Source of the DNA: a virus
DNA: 64,000 nucleotides
Virus record (IMG/VR): IMGVR_UViG_3300002038_000006
Coordinates: 23,480 to 87,479 of that record
Strand: one strand, 5' to 3'
Shown: positions 10,210 through 20,092 of the stretch, piece by piece
Layout of the letters: each line of letters begins with the position of its first letter
How positions within the stretch are numbered: position 1 is the stretch's first letter
Program-made: the position numbers and the translations under genes
The notes under the pieces: model-generated
Told to the model about the DNA's origin: nothing
Seen by the model: only the letters and a program-made list of their open reading frames with translations
Database searches by the model: none

Positions 10210-10623
10210 CTAGGTATCTGATAGAGCTGGAATTATCTGAGTAAACTGGACATTCAATCCAGTGTTTTCCATTTTCTCCAACTCACTAGTTAGGATGTTT
10301 GCAAAGTTTCTACCTCTACATTCTTCCGCTATGGTTATACCAAATCTATATATTGTAGACCCAGCTAGAGTAACGTTCTTTCTACGTTGATAGATTATCA
10401 TTCCCACTATGACGCCATCCAACAACATAGCCATAATCTTTTTACCAGCCATCAGACTTCTAACTACGTACTGTTCAGCTCTCTCATGTGAGGCGTTATC
10501 GAATACAGTGTCAAATTGTTTATGGTAAACCATGTGTGAGTAATGTAACTCTATAAGTCTGGTTAATTCAGGTACTGGGACATGTTCAACTGCCCCTATT
10601 ACCTTAAAGGATATCTGTTCCAT
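10210..10623 (-). CDS. GNAT-family acetyltransferase-like protein
   Basis: beta-strand VIVGMIIY and acetyl-CoA motif-A-like FGITIAEECRGRNFA. Confidence 0.55.
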   Translation of the reverse strand: MEQISFKVIGAVEHVPVPELTRLIELHYSHMVYHKQFDTVFDNASHERAEQYVVRSLMAGKKIMAMLLDGVIVGMIIYQRRKNVTLAGSTIYRFGITIAEECRGRNFANILTSELEKMENTGLNVQFTQIIPALSDT

Positions 10624-10645
10624 AATTACACCTAATATGAATAAA

Positions 10646-10678
10646 GATAGGGTCGAGAGACCCTATCGATTATGCCGG
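10646..10678 (-). terminator. Hairpin with CGGCATAA overlapping upstream stop codon
   Basis: GATAGGGTC/GACCCTATC stem; motif supplies TAA of 10670 gene. Confidence 0.6.
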
Positions 10679-12058
10679 TTCTTCTAAATCACGTTTAATC
10701 CAGATGACTAAGGAACTGTTACAACGAACACGTTGGTCAGTAAAAACTTGAGTCTCTGTAGAGTAAGCATGAGCACAGGATATTAAAATACCCTCTAACC
10801 CTTTCACTCCATCCTTACCTGAATAAAGAACTTTAGTTGGAACACCCGGACGTAATACATCAGGGTCTGAGTTTTCCCACATTACATTAACCACTGAGCC
10901 TCTACGAACATTAAGTTCTGATAGTTGTGCAAAGTGATTTGAACTTATGCGCTGTTTAGAATAAGGAACGTAGTTAAGTTGGTCTTCTCTAGCCTCGACG
11001 ATATATTCGCGAAGATTAGCAGCCCTACTTATCTCAGTTACTCCAGCCTCAGTCTTAGCGTAAGTATCTATAAGCTTATTAGCGTCCTGATACCTAACAC
11101 CATTACCTAAGTTCTGTAAATATGCTTCAGTGTTATCTAGATGCTGTACGTTACCCGTAGCGACTACCTTAACGTGTTTCTCCTCGACAGAGAAAGAGTT
11201 GTCGGTAGCTGGTACCACATTAGTGTCTATGACAGCTATGGTAAGCGTACGTTCAGATGATTCGTAACGACTAGTATTGTGTAGTCCCCATAAATACCAT
11301 TCGCCCCTTTCGATGTAACTGCCCAAAGAAGTTTCATACAACCCGTACTTCTTCTGACAATAATCAGGGAAGTCCATCAGTCTAGTTCCCACAGGAACCA
11401 ATAACTGTTTAGGGTCTTTAGTATTATCTGTATCAACGACATCAACACCAGCTAATTCATGCTGTTGTTTTTGTTGTACTAATTCAAGGTTAACATCTTT
11501 TTCCCAAGGTTCGGTACGGAGCTTAGCTCTACAACAAGCCTTAAGGATGTTTTCCCACGTTCCTGCAAATATGCCGGAGATGAATTTTGTACGAATATTA
11601 TCGAGTAATGGTTCAACCAACTGTAACGTCACAGGAATCCGTTTAGAACGGTCACCTTTAAGTTCGTCGTTAGTAATCTCACTACTTGCCTTTAGAGCTA
11701 GACTGGTTTGGTCTACGAGGACTGCCCTGTATAGTTCTTTAGTTGCAAACTTAGTTCCATCAATAGTATCTCTAGTTCGGAGTACAATCGGTTTTCTAAG
11801 TATCTCAACTCTAAGATAGGATTTATATGGATATAGTTTCTTAACGTAACTACCCAATCCCATCTCGAAGTTAAGCATGGTCTTATCGGAGAAATCATTC
11901 GCATAATCTCTCTCGATAGTCATTGACTGAACATTGTCCAATACTAACTCACCATCAGGGGTAAAGACGGTAACCGTCCACATGAACTCAGGATGTGTAG
12001 GAGCTACCTCTGCAATCTTAACTATGTCTTCGTAGAGAGTTGAATCTCTTACTTCCAA
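10670..12058 (-). CDS. Virion structural protein (phiKZ gp101-like, neck/tail region)
   Basis: TTG start with GGAG RBS; ERDYANDFSD and VNVMWENSDPDVLRPG motifs recalled from phiKZ-like virion proteins; synteny. Confidence 0.55.
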   Translation of the reverse strand: MEVRDSTLYEDIVKIAEVAPTHPEFMWTVTVFTPDGELVLDNVQSMTIERDYANDFSDKTMLNFEMGLGSYVKKLYPYKSYLRVEILRKPIVLRTRDTIDGTKFATKELYRAVLVDQTSLALKASSEITNDELKGDRSKRIPVTLQLVEPLLDNIRTKFISGIFAGTWENILKACCRAKLRTEPWEKDVNLELVQQKQQHELAGVDVVDTDNTKDPKQLLVPVGTRLMDFPDYCQKKYGLYETSLGSYIERGEWYLWGLHNTSRYESSERTLTIAVIDTNVVPATDNSFSVEEKHVKVVATGNVQHLDNTEAYLQNLGNGVRYQDANKLIDTYAKTEAGVTEISRAANLREYIVEAREDQLNYVPYSKQRISSNHFAQLSELNVRRGSVVNVMWENSDPDVLRPGVPTKVLYSGKDGVKGLEGILISCAHAYSTETQVFTDQRVRCNSSLVIWIKRDLEEPA

Positions 12059-12600
12059 TTTCTACTCCCTGTAAGTTGTCTAACGTCAATCTTGGTTGTA
12101 AGAGAAACGTGAGCTTCAGGAGCTGTCTTCTCTTTAGTCCTAGACTTACGTAAACGTGAACTAAGGTGAGACATTAGTCGACTTGAATCATCAGTACCAG
12201 CAACAAAGTGATGTCTAACACGAGGGAAGATATACGATGCGAACTTATCGAAAGTTTGCAAGTCTTCAATCGGAGCCATCTTACCGAACATACCGTTTGA
12301 TTGATATTCGATAGCTTCCTTAATGTGTTCCGTTATATGGGTGTACATCTCGAAAGCTTTCTCGTCGTCATCAACTTCTACCTTGAATCCCTGACCATGA
12401 ATAGTAGCTAACTCAGCAACGGTACGTAAAGCACCAACTAAGTGTTTAGCGTTACTTACATCGCGTCCCTCATCCCCAGAGACAAATGTACCGAAGTTAT
12501 CCAGTACGGCAGGAGATAGCACAACCATCTCCGGTATTCTACATTGGTATTTCCAATGGAAGAGTTTATAAGCCGGTGTTTGTGAGGCATCGCGTTGCAT
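12049..12600 (-). CDS. Conserved hypothetical protein (phiKZ gp100 position)
   Basis: GGAG RBS; within conserved gp98-gp101-like block. Confidence 0.55.
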   Translation of the reverse strand: MQRDASQTPAYKLFHWKYQCRIPEMVVLSPAVLDNFGTFVSGDEGRDVSNAKHLVGALRTVAELATIHGQGFKVEVDDDEKAFEMYTHITEHIKEAIEYQSNGMFGKMAPIEDLQTFDKFASYIFPRVRHHFVAGTDDSSRLMSHLSSRLRKSRTKEKTAPEAHVSLTTKIDVRQLTGSRNWK

Positions 12601-12601
12601 T

Positions 12602-13849
12602 TTAATTCTCCAGAGATAAAAGAAGTACCATTATAATTGGTATTTGGTAGAACTGACTTAAGTCGTCCCACTCATGAGCTTCTTTAGCTATTCTAATAAT
12701 TTCAGTGGTGTCAAGTGACTTACCGTCAAACCACATCATTAAATAGCGTTCAAGTTTAGACATTCCATCGGGTAGGTTATTATAGTACCAACCAGATAAA
12801 GCGTAATGTCCTTCAAGTGTAGATGGATGATAATCTACATCAGCAGGTGTTTCAGGAACAGGGTCTACCGGTAGCTTACCAATCATAGGTCTACGGACTA
12901 ATTCCATAGTACTCCATGCGATACCACCCATAGCAGGTAGCTGACTTAAGTTAGACGGTGGAATCTCTTCCATGTACTCAATCAAATCAGTGAACCAAAG
13001 ATTACCTTCTAACATGGTAGTCCATATTGTTGGGTTATCAAAGAATTCAATGCCGTTAGCATTTAGTCCACGAGGAGTCTTCTGCCACGGTACATCCAAC
13101 TTACTAATAAAGTCCACTAGGAAGTGGTCATACATTCTACTGTATTCAGATGCAGGGTAAACAAGTGTCTTAAACTCGTTATCCCAGAAGCGACGTGTAT
13201 AAGCTCCTGTAAGGCGCTCTAAGAGCTCTTTAACGCTCTCGCGTTCAATCGCCTCTTCAGTAGTAATAAAAGCTTCAGAACCTTTCCTTAGACCTTCCTT
13301 ATCGAAATGTACGCTCTCTACAACCTTACCAAGTAAGTCATCCATCTTTTCCTGAGTTGAATAGGCCTCAAGTTTATAACTAACCTCATAACCAGATTCG
13401 TTATAGATAGATAGACGCTGTGCGGTACTAACACTAAAGATAGCTGAACGACCATCACCTACATCGGCTACAAACATATCACCTGAGTTGGCAATGATAC
13501 TTGGATAAAGGTGTGACGTACCAGTTACTTCGAATAACTTAGTTTCAGGGTCTTGGTCTTGACTAAGTTCACTCTGTACTTTCAGTTCAAAGTTTTTAAT
13601 CTCTTTGTACTGTTGATATACTTCACTTTGTTCTTGGTCTTGACTAGAGCCTACTTGGTCCTGTCCTAAAACTTGACTGTACCAATTAACAGTCCAACTA
13701 GAACCGCTGATATAAGTAAGTAAAGACGAGTGGTCTATCTCCTTAGTATCGATGACATTATCCTGATACGCCTTAGGTACTTCCCTAGGACGTAGGGGTT
13801 CTTCTACTGGTTTCGGTTCTTCAACCGGTTCATCAGTTACAAAAGACAT
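12602..13849 (-). CDS. Virion structural protein (phiKZ gp99-like)
   Basis: SLLTYISGSSWTVNWYSQVLG and PNxGD-like IANSGDMFVADVGDGR; synteny. Confidence 0.6.
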   Translation of the reverse strand: MSFVTDEPVEEPKPVEEPLRPREVPKAYQDNVIDTKEIDHSSLLTYISGSSWTVNWYSQVLGQDQVGSSQDQEQSEVYQQYKEIKNFELKVQSELSQDQDPETKLFEVTGTSHLYPSIIANSGDMFVADVGDGRSAIFSVSTAQRLSIYNESGYEVSYKLEAYSTQEKMDDLLGKVVESVHFDKEGLRKGSEAFITTEEAIERESVKELLERLTGAYTRRFWDNEFKTLVYPASEYSRMYDHFLVDFISKLDVPWQKTPRGLNANGIEFFDNPTIWTTMLEGNLWFTDLIEYMEEIPPSNLSQLPAMGGIAWSTMELVRRPMIGKLPVDPVPETPADVDYHPSTLEGHYALSGWYYNNLPDGMSKLERYLMMWFDGKSLDTTEIIRIAKEAHEWDDLSQFYQIPIIMVLLLSLEN

Positions 13850-13850
13850 T

Positions 13851-15371
13851 TTATTTCTCCGAACTTCTGGCGGTCACTGCAAAGTTACCAACCGTTAGAG
13901 TATTACTTTCAACTCTGTTGCTGAAATGTTTCTCAGTATTCTTTAAAGTAGTTTTAACAACATTCCAACGAGGTAAGCTAATAGCCCCGTCATCAAGTAT
14001 ATTAATACTATCCACATCATAACTCGAATCAACAACGCGAATAACCTGCTTAGCTGTTTCACCATCTTCGATTAATTCCAAGATGGCCTGTTCCGTTAAC
14101 ATAGACAAGTCTGTAGTACAACCTATCCAAAGATGATATTGTTTACGTGGGTCTAAGTCCTGTGTCGCATTGACATACAGGTTCTCATCCACATACAACA
14201 TATCTTCATGTAGCGGTAACCCGTCCTGATAAAGAACTATGTGGAACGGATTCTTGTAACAACTATTAAGGGTATAATGATACTTAGCCATGTAGGCTCT
14301 TAGTATTGGTTCTATGGTGGCAACGCCTAACCCATCTAGATTACCCAACACTCTAGTATCAGAATTAACCATACACATGATTCTAATGAGAGATGAGTAA
14401 TGGGTACGGACCCTTTGAGGTAACCACTCGTCCCATACAGGGATACTTATCCCGCCAATAGATTGTCCCGGAACAATAGGTCCACTCTGTAATCGCATAT
14501 AACGACTCTTAGTGTGGCTTGCATGATTTGGGTCAACTAATTCATTAAAGTTCTCACCACGCAATCTCAGAGACTGTGGTACTAACTGATTGTGAACCAT
14601 TAACGGATAACCCATAGCGAACGCTGTAGGTTTCTGATATTCAAACGTGTAAGTAAATGAAGACTGCCACTGTTGAGTATTTTGTTCAGCAGTTGGTGGT
14701 TTCTCGAAACTATACCAACCATTGAAGCCAGTTTGTTTCTCAGACACAGAGAAGTTACTTTTAGAACCCGCTTGGTTAGTCTTTACACCCACTAGTTCAG
14801 AGAAGTTATTCTTAAGCCATATACTAAAGCTTTCACCGTAGCCAGACTTAGCTTCACGTAGTTTCCACAACTCCGCTAAGATATGCATTATTTCAGCAGG
14901 TAGAGGATAATGATACTCAGCAGTATGCATTTGGTGTTGTCTACCGTTACCTACTCTACGACGTATGCCGTGAATCCAGTTATGGGCAGCGTTCTCGGAC
15001 TTGAAATACATTTCGATGGTCAAAGTAATTCGAACGTTATGGTAGATAGGTCTTATCCACACTTCCAACTCTGGGTCAATAAATGTTTCGTTGAAATCCG
15101 AATCAGGGACAGTACGATTTAACATACCGTCATCCATGAACTCTTCTTCCATACTAACTTTAATTCTTTCCCCTTGACTAAACTTAGCCTCGTCTGGGGC
15201 AGACTTAATACCAGTGTTGAGACTTCTAGCCTGACCATCTCCTTTATTAAGGTAGACGTCAGTATCTAGACTTAGGCCAGTTCGTTGAAGTAAGTCTCTA
15301 GCAACGGCAAAGATTACCGGTCTAGTTATTGCCTCAACTGTCTCGGGCAATTCTTGAGAGATGATAGGCAT
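13851..15371 (-). CDS. Virion structural protein (phiKZ gp98-like)
   Basis: ITRPVIFAV, YHYPLP, FTYTFEYQKP, YPLMVHNQLVP, WDEWLP motifs; synteny. Confidence 0.6.
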   Translation of the reverse strand: MPIISQELPETVEAITRPVIFAVARDLLQRTGLSLDTDVYLNKGDGQARSLNTGIKSAPDEAKFSQGERIKVSMEEEFMDDGMLNRTVPDSDFNETFIDPELEVWIRPIYHNVRITLTIEMYFKSENAAHNWIHGIRRRVGNGRQHQMHTAEYHYPLPAEIMHILAELWKLREAKSGYGESFSIWLKNNFSELVGVKTNQAGSKSNFSVSEKQTGFNGWYSFEKPPTAEQNTQQWQSSFTYTFEYQKPTAFAMGYPLMVHNQLVPQSLRLRGENFNELVDPNHASHTKSRYMRLQSGPIVPGQSIGGISIPVWDEWLPQRVRTHYSSLIRIMCMVNSDTRVLGNLDGLGVATIEPILRAYMAKYHYTLNSCYKNPFHIVLYQDGLPLHEDMLYVDENLYVNATQDLDPRKQYHLWIGCTTDLSMLTEQAILELIEDGETAKQVIRVVDSSYDVDSINILDDGAISLPRWNVVKTTLKNTEKHFSNRVESNTLTVGNFAVTARSSEK

Positions 15372-15467
15372 CTGTCGACTCCCTTATAAAATTGATGATT
15401 ACATAAAATTACTAAAACAAAAAAAATAAAGGGGCACGAGGCCCCGATATTCCAAAACCAACCGAAG

Positions 15468-15647
15468 TTAGTTTTGAGTGTGTGCACCAGCGTTACACAT
15501 CGCTTTACATTCTCGATACTGTTCATAAAGGCTATCAATCTCAGTTTGAGGCTTGCCTTCTTTCTTAGCATCTAACCATGCTTGGCGATATTGTGACTGA
15601 CGTACTTTCATCTGACCTTGGGTCATTTTGTCCATTGGCATTTCCAT
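15468..15647 (-). CDS. Small hypothetical protein, 59 aa (absent from ORF track)
   Basis: GGAG RBS, MEMPMDKMTQGQMKVRQSQYRQAWLDAKKEGKPQ...HTQN*, followed by hairpin plus T-tract. Confidence 0.65.
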   Translation of the reverse strand: MEMPMDKMTQGQMKVRQSQYRQAWLDAKKEGKPQTEIDSLYEQYRECKAMCNAGAHTQN

Positions 15648-15703
15648 GGGAATCTCCGAAAAGCTATTTGTTAATTAACAGTAGAGAAGCTATCTCCATA
15701 CAA

Positions 15704-16477
15704 TTACTCTTCGGAACCTATCCATTTGTCAGTGGTTACAGAATAGCCTTTGGCAACTTCAAAGATGTCACCACCAACCTTACTCCAGTGTAGCCAGAAG
15801 TCTCGGCGCATGGCTAGATTTATACGAGAAGCCTTAACGATTCCACGCATACCTTTCGCTAGAATAGGTAGATTGTCTTCGTCAAACATCTTACCGCACT
15901 CACCAGCAATCATGTAGTCAATGGTTCTAACTTCATATTCTATTTCACGTACGGTCATTGCTGCAAGTCTATCCATTTCTTCTTTACTGTATTCGGCAAG
16001 TACAGTTAACATAGGACGACCATCGGCTTTAGTGAGGATGTTATCCCACTGCTCAATTAGTTTGCCCATCAACTGTTTGTTCTTTACAGTAATGCGACCT
16101 GCGTTATGTTCCAGTTCAGCTTCAGAGAACATTAGATTAAACTTATACCAGATGCTCCAATAGTTTGTTTCTAAGTCCATAGGAACTTTACGCTCCCCTT
16201 TCTTGCTGTACAAGGTAGTCATCTTGTAACCAACTTCATGTGGTTCGTCAAAGCTACCAACGCTATGGTAATAACCTGCACGGTTGTCTGTAATAGCCCA
16301 ACCCTCACGGAACACGGAATTGTCTCCATCATTTCCAAACGAACGTACTTTCTTAAATAGATAGACGTACTTCTTTTTCTTCATCATATCACGAGCAACG
16401 TATAGTGCTTCTCTGATACATATCTGTCCCCATGGGGAACTCTGGAACTCTTCTACGATATGTAGTTCGTGTTTCAT
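15704..16477 (-). CDS. Hypothetical protein
   Basis: 257-aa ORF with AAGGA RBS; no motif recognised. Confidence 0.6.
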   Translation of the reverse strand: MKHELHIVEEFQSSPWGQICIREALYVARDMMKKKKYVYLFKKVRSFGNDGDNSVFREGWAITDNRAGYYHSVGSFDEPHEVGYKMTTLYSKKGERKVPMDLETNYWSIWYKFNLMFSEAELEHNAGRITVKNKQLMGKLIEQWDNILTKADGRPMLTVLAEYSKEEMDRLAAMTVREIEYEVRTIDYMIAGECGKMFDEDNLPILAKGMRGIVKASRINLAMRRDFWLHWSKVGGDIFEVAKGYSVTTDKWIGSEE

Positions 16478-16525
16478 AATCCTATTCCTTTTAATTCGGA
16501 TTGATTAGTTCAATAGGATAAAAGG

Positions 16526-17170
16526 TTAATGTATTTTATCTTTATTGGAAAGTTTTAAGGCATCTCTACCTTCGTTAGTGTGTGGTATTATAAAGTACCC
16601 ACGGTATTCTCTATATTGCTTTTTCTTAAACCTTAGGTTCACCGCCGTATGACTAAGACCTAGCTCTTTACACATATGTCTAATGCTTGAATAAATCATT
16701 AGCTTACTACTGGCGATGTCATAAGTTCCCACTTCCGTGGATTTAGTTACGTTCTTGTCTACAGACAGAACCATATCTACTTCCCAACCCTTATCGAGTC
16801 TAGTAAAAATAGTTTGTCTAGACAAGTCCAGATACTCAGCCCATTGTGTTACACTCAGCGTTTTACCATCGTGAGTTATTAAAGTATTATCTCCTCTATT
16901 CCTCACCTGTTCTTTCTTAGTAGCCCAACGACAATTACTAGGTTCATAGTTACCATCATTATCGATACGGTCCACGGTGTGTTCTGTACTTGGCCTAGGA
17001 CCCATGTCTTTAATGTATGTGTCAAATGAGTCTATCCATTCATCACAAACCTTTATACCTCTACCGCCATAGTTTGGGTAAGCCGGATTATTTACGTTAT
17101 AGCATCGAGCTTTCATCCCCAACCATCTATGGTATCCCGGTCTGTTCCTAGTCCTGTTTACGTATTTCAT
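16526..17170 (-). mobile_element. Free-standing HNH homing endonuclease
   Basis: NYGGRGIKVCDEW, TVDRIDNDGNYEPSNCRWATKKEQ, C-terminal HTH; own promoter about 17205-17230. Confidence 0.85.
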
Positions 17171-17203
17171 TATCCATGCCTCTTTAAGCTTAGTGGATAT
17201 ACT

Positions 17204-17228
17204 ACATTGATAATATATATCTGTAAAT
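17204..17228 (-). promoter_or_regulatory. Early-type promoter for HNH gene
   Basis: ACAGATATATATTATCAATGT. Confidence 0.6.
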
Positions 17229-17236
17229 TTATTGAG

Positions 17237-17267
17237 ACGTCATAAGGGAGGGGCTTTCGCCCCTCCC
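17237..17267 (-). terminator. Hairpin + TTATGACG variant
   Basis: GGGAGGGGC-GAAA-GCCCCTCCC-TTATGACGT. Confidence 0.7.
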
Positions 17268-17346
17268 TCACGATAGCCGACTACGACAGTTTAACAATGT
17301 GTGGTTGTCAAATTTGTGTGTGGTCAACTGTGTGTCAACTATCTAC

Positions 17347-18696
17347 TTATTTGTAGTTAGAAAGCGACTTATTACAAAGAGACACTGCTGCACGAACTGC
17401 TGCTAATGCGTTCTTAGTAATTGAGGCATATTCCATACCAGTCCAGTCAGTAAATGACTTAGTGAAACCTTGTGCAGCTTTCGGATATGGGCGAACAGCG
17501 TTTGGAACGTCGTCGAACTTACCGAATACTTTACTTAGTGCTTCACCACCATCGTTTACATCTTTAACTAAGTCTTTAACTTTGCCGATGTTCTTACCAC
17601 GTTCCCAACCTTCGATTACATCGATGATTTCGATACAAACGTCAGCGATAGATTGGATATCTTTAATAGACATCGTTTCCATTTCGTGGTCATCGATAGC
17701 GTCTTTAGACTTTTCGAAAGTAGACATGATACGAACAATGCGTGAGCTTGCTGCATCAGCTTTACCTAGAACAGTTGCGTCATCTGCTTCAACACGTTCT
17801 TGAACGAACAAGCTCATGTTAGCGCCTATGGCAACAGAACTGATAGTTGCACTTTCAGGGAAACGACGGTCTTTAGTCTTCAATTCTTTAGCGTCGAAAG
17901 CTCTACGAATCTTAGACGAGTCATCACCCCAACCGAACATTTCAGCTACTGCTGATGAATGTTGTTCTTCAGTCCAGTCTTTAGCAGGCTTGTAACCTTT
18001 AAAACCTTTCTTAAGAGTTTCACCACGCTCGATGATACACTTAGTGTAAACTTCGAACATACCAGTTGCAACAGTTAATTCAGTCTTAAGAACTTCTTCA
18101 ATCGCAGAACCGTTAGAAGGTGCAACGTTGTTAACAACAAGTGGGTTAGCTAAAGAACCAACTTCAGTTTTGCTTTCTTCGATAGATTTGTCTGCCATCT
18201 TGTCAGCACGGTCTTTCAATGCAACCATTGCCTTACGAAGGCGAGGAAGAGCACCAAAAACGTTGTGGAAGAAATCATCAACACGTTTCCAGATTTTCTT
18301 AACGAATTCTTTAATCGCTTTCCAGATATCTTTAGCGATTGTTTTAATGCCTTCAACAGATACTGTAGTACCAGCTGAATCTTCAAGACCCGGAGTCATG
18401 ATAGCACCGCTGTGACCAGAACCAGCCATAGCGATATCGCCAGCAACGTCAATTAAACCTAATTCGTTAGGGTTAGCTTGTTCGATACCAGTAGCAACCA
18501 ATGCTAGGTTTTCTAAACCAGTAGCTAGGTCAACGTAACGGTCTGCTTCGATAGACAATACTTCAATGTCACCAAATGCTTCAACCGATGCAACCAATGC
18601 ATTTGCTTGGTCGTCTTCGCTCAACACTGGCTTTTCAACTAGAGCAGGAATGCTCTCGTTGCCAATTTGAGTTAAAGGGTTAATAAAATTACGCAT
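17347..18696 (-). CDS. Processed head/inner-body protein (phiKZ gp93-97 / SPN3US gp53-54 paralog family)
   Basis: Propeptide with SVE/SIE/GLE sites, then SVEGIKTIAKDIWKAIKEFVKKIW; start moved to ATG after AAGGA. Confidence 0.75.
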   Translation of the reverse strand: MRNFINPLTQIGNESIPALVEKPVLSEDDQANALVASVEAFGDIEVLSIEADRYVDLATGLENLALVATGIEQANPNELGLIDVAGDIAMAGSGHSGAIMTPGLEDSAGTTVSVEGIKTIAKDIWKAIKEFVKKIWKRVDDFFHNVFGALPRLRKAMVALKDRADKMADKSIEESKTEVGSLANPLVVNNVAPSNGSAIEEVLKTELTVATGMFEVYTKCIIERGETLKKGFKGYKPAKDWTEEQHSSAVAEMFGWGDDSSKIRRAFDAKELKTKDRRFPESATISSVAIGANMSLFVQERVEADDATVLGKADAASSRIVRIMSTFEKSKDAIDDHEMETMSIKDIQSIADVCIEIIDVIEGWERGKNIGKVKDLVKDVNDGGEALSKVFGKFDDVPNAVRPYPKAAQGFTKSFTDWTGMEYASITKNALAAVRAAVSLCNKSLSNYK

Positions 18697-18725
18697 GTAA
18701 CTTTCCTTGAATGAATTCAAACTAC

Positions 18726-18747
18726 TAGGGAGACCGAAGTCTCCCTA
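18726..18747 (-). terminator. Hairpin between head-protein genes
   Basis: TAGGGAGAC-TTCG-GTCTCCCTA. Confidence 0.6.
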
Positions 18748-18772
18748 AACTATTCGCTAGTTAGCGATAAGC

Positions 18773-20080
18773 TTAGCTGTATTGAGCTAAAGACTTTTCA
18801 CAAACTTCTAACGCACTACGACCAGAAGAGATTGCAGCTGAAGTGAAACCATTAGTTGGTTGTGAAGTAGTACGGTTCAATGCTGAGTACATAGCACTAC
18901 ATACTTTATTTGCTTCTTTACCAGCTGAACCTAGGCTTAGCTTGTCTAGTGCTTTACCTAACTTACCAGCAGCTACGTCTGCTTTTTCAGTTGCTTTGGC
19001 GTGTTTAAAGAAATCGGCTTCGAAAGAAATGATTTCTTCAGCTAAGCTAACGACATCTTCAGCGATGTCTTTAACTTTACCGGGCTCGATTGCAGTGAAT
19101 TCAATATCGTCAGCTACTTTAGGTGCTTTTTCTTCGAAATCGAATACGATGTTTAACTTATCGAAAGCAGATTTAAGTTCAACCATGTTAGTTGGTTTTT
19201 CACCAGCACCTTCTATCTTGAACTTACGACCGCCTAAGAATACGGCACCGCCTCCAGGTTGTGGAGTTTCGGCAACGTCCTTACCTAGGAATTTGCCACC
19301 GCTGAAGAACTTAGAAGAATCAGAACCTTCAAGGTCTTCTTTAGGCGCACTAGCAACAGCATCCATCATTTCAGCTGCTCCACCAGCCATGTTAGCAACG
19401 CCTTTGGCATGTTTACCGTAAATTTCTTTAGCACCGGCAACGTAAGTTTTAACGCCTTCGGCCAATTTAGAGATGTCGAATTTACCGTTTTCGTCAACAA
19501 GGTTCTTAGCACTGCCACCAAGTTTGATGTCTTCAGCACCTTCGTTCTTTTCGCCTTTCTTATCTACTGCTTTCTTAGCAATAGCTTCGGCACGGCTTTT
19601 CAATTTAGCAGCACCAGAGAAAACTTTCTTGAACCACTGATAGATTTTTTCACGAGCTTCTTTGAACTTCTTAACTAAGAAATCCCAAAGTTGCTTAGCT
19701 TTTTCTTTAATAGCTTCAACAGAAACTTGAGTAGCTTCTAATTGAGTTGTGGTACCACCGAAAGATTCGATAGATACCATTGCGTCGTTAGCGCTTAAAC
19801 CAACACGGCCTAAGTGAGATTCAACAGCTACTTCTAAGATACCAGCAGATTGACGGTCTAAACCACCATCAGCGATAGAAGCGCCAGCTTGGTCAGCAAT
19901 GCTTTCTAAAGAAGCGATAACGTTACCAAGGTCAGCGTGCATAGCTGAGTCAGCTTCAAGGTTTACTGCTTCAACAGCAACGTCAGCTACAATAGCTTCA
20001 AGACCTTCAGAGCTACCGATTTCAACGTTAGCGTATTTTGATTGGGCAATTTGATTGCCGATGTTTTGTAAATTTCTCAT
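18773..20080 (-). CDS. Processed head/inner-body protein (same paralog family)
   Basis: SLESIAD...GGLDRQSA...SIESFGG, SVEAIKEKAKQLWDFLVKKF. Confidence 0.75.
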   Translation of the reverse strand: MRNLQNIGNQIAQSKYANVEIGSSEGLEAIVADVAVEAVNLEADSAMHADLGNVIASLESIADQAGASIADGGLDRQSAGILEVAVESHLGRVGLSANDAMVSIESFGGTTTQLEATQVSVEAIKEKAKQLWDFLVKKFKEAREKIYQWFKKVFSGAAKLKSRAEAIAKKAVDKKGEKNEGAEDIKLGGSAKNLVDENGKFDISKLAEGVKTYVAGAKEIYGKHAKGVANMAGGAAEMMDAVASAPKEDLEGSDSSKFFSGGKFLGKDVAETPQPGGGAVFLGGRKFKIEGAGEKPTNMVELKSAFDKLNIVFDFEEKAPKVADDIEFTAIEPGKVKDIAEDVVSLAEEIISFEADFFKHAKATEKADVAAGKLGKALDKLSLGSAGKEANKVCSAMYSALNRTTSQPTNGFTSAAISSGRSALEVCEKSLAQYS

Positions 20081-20092
20081 TTTACAGATTTC

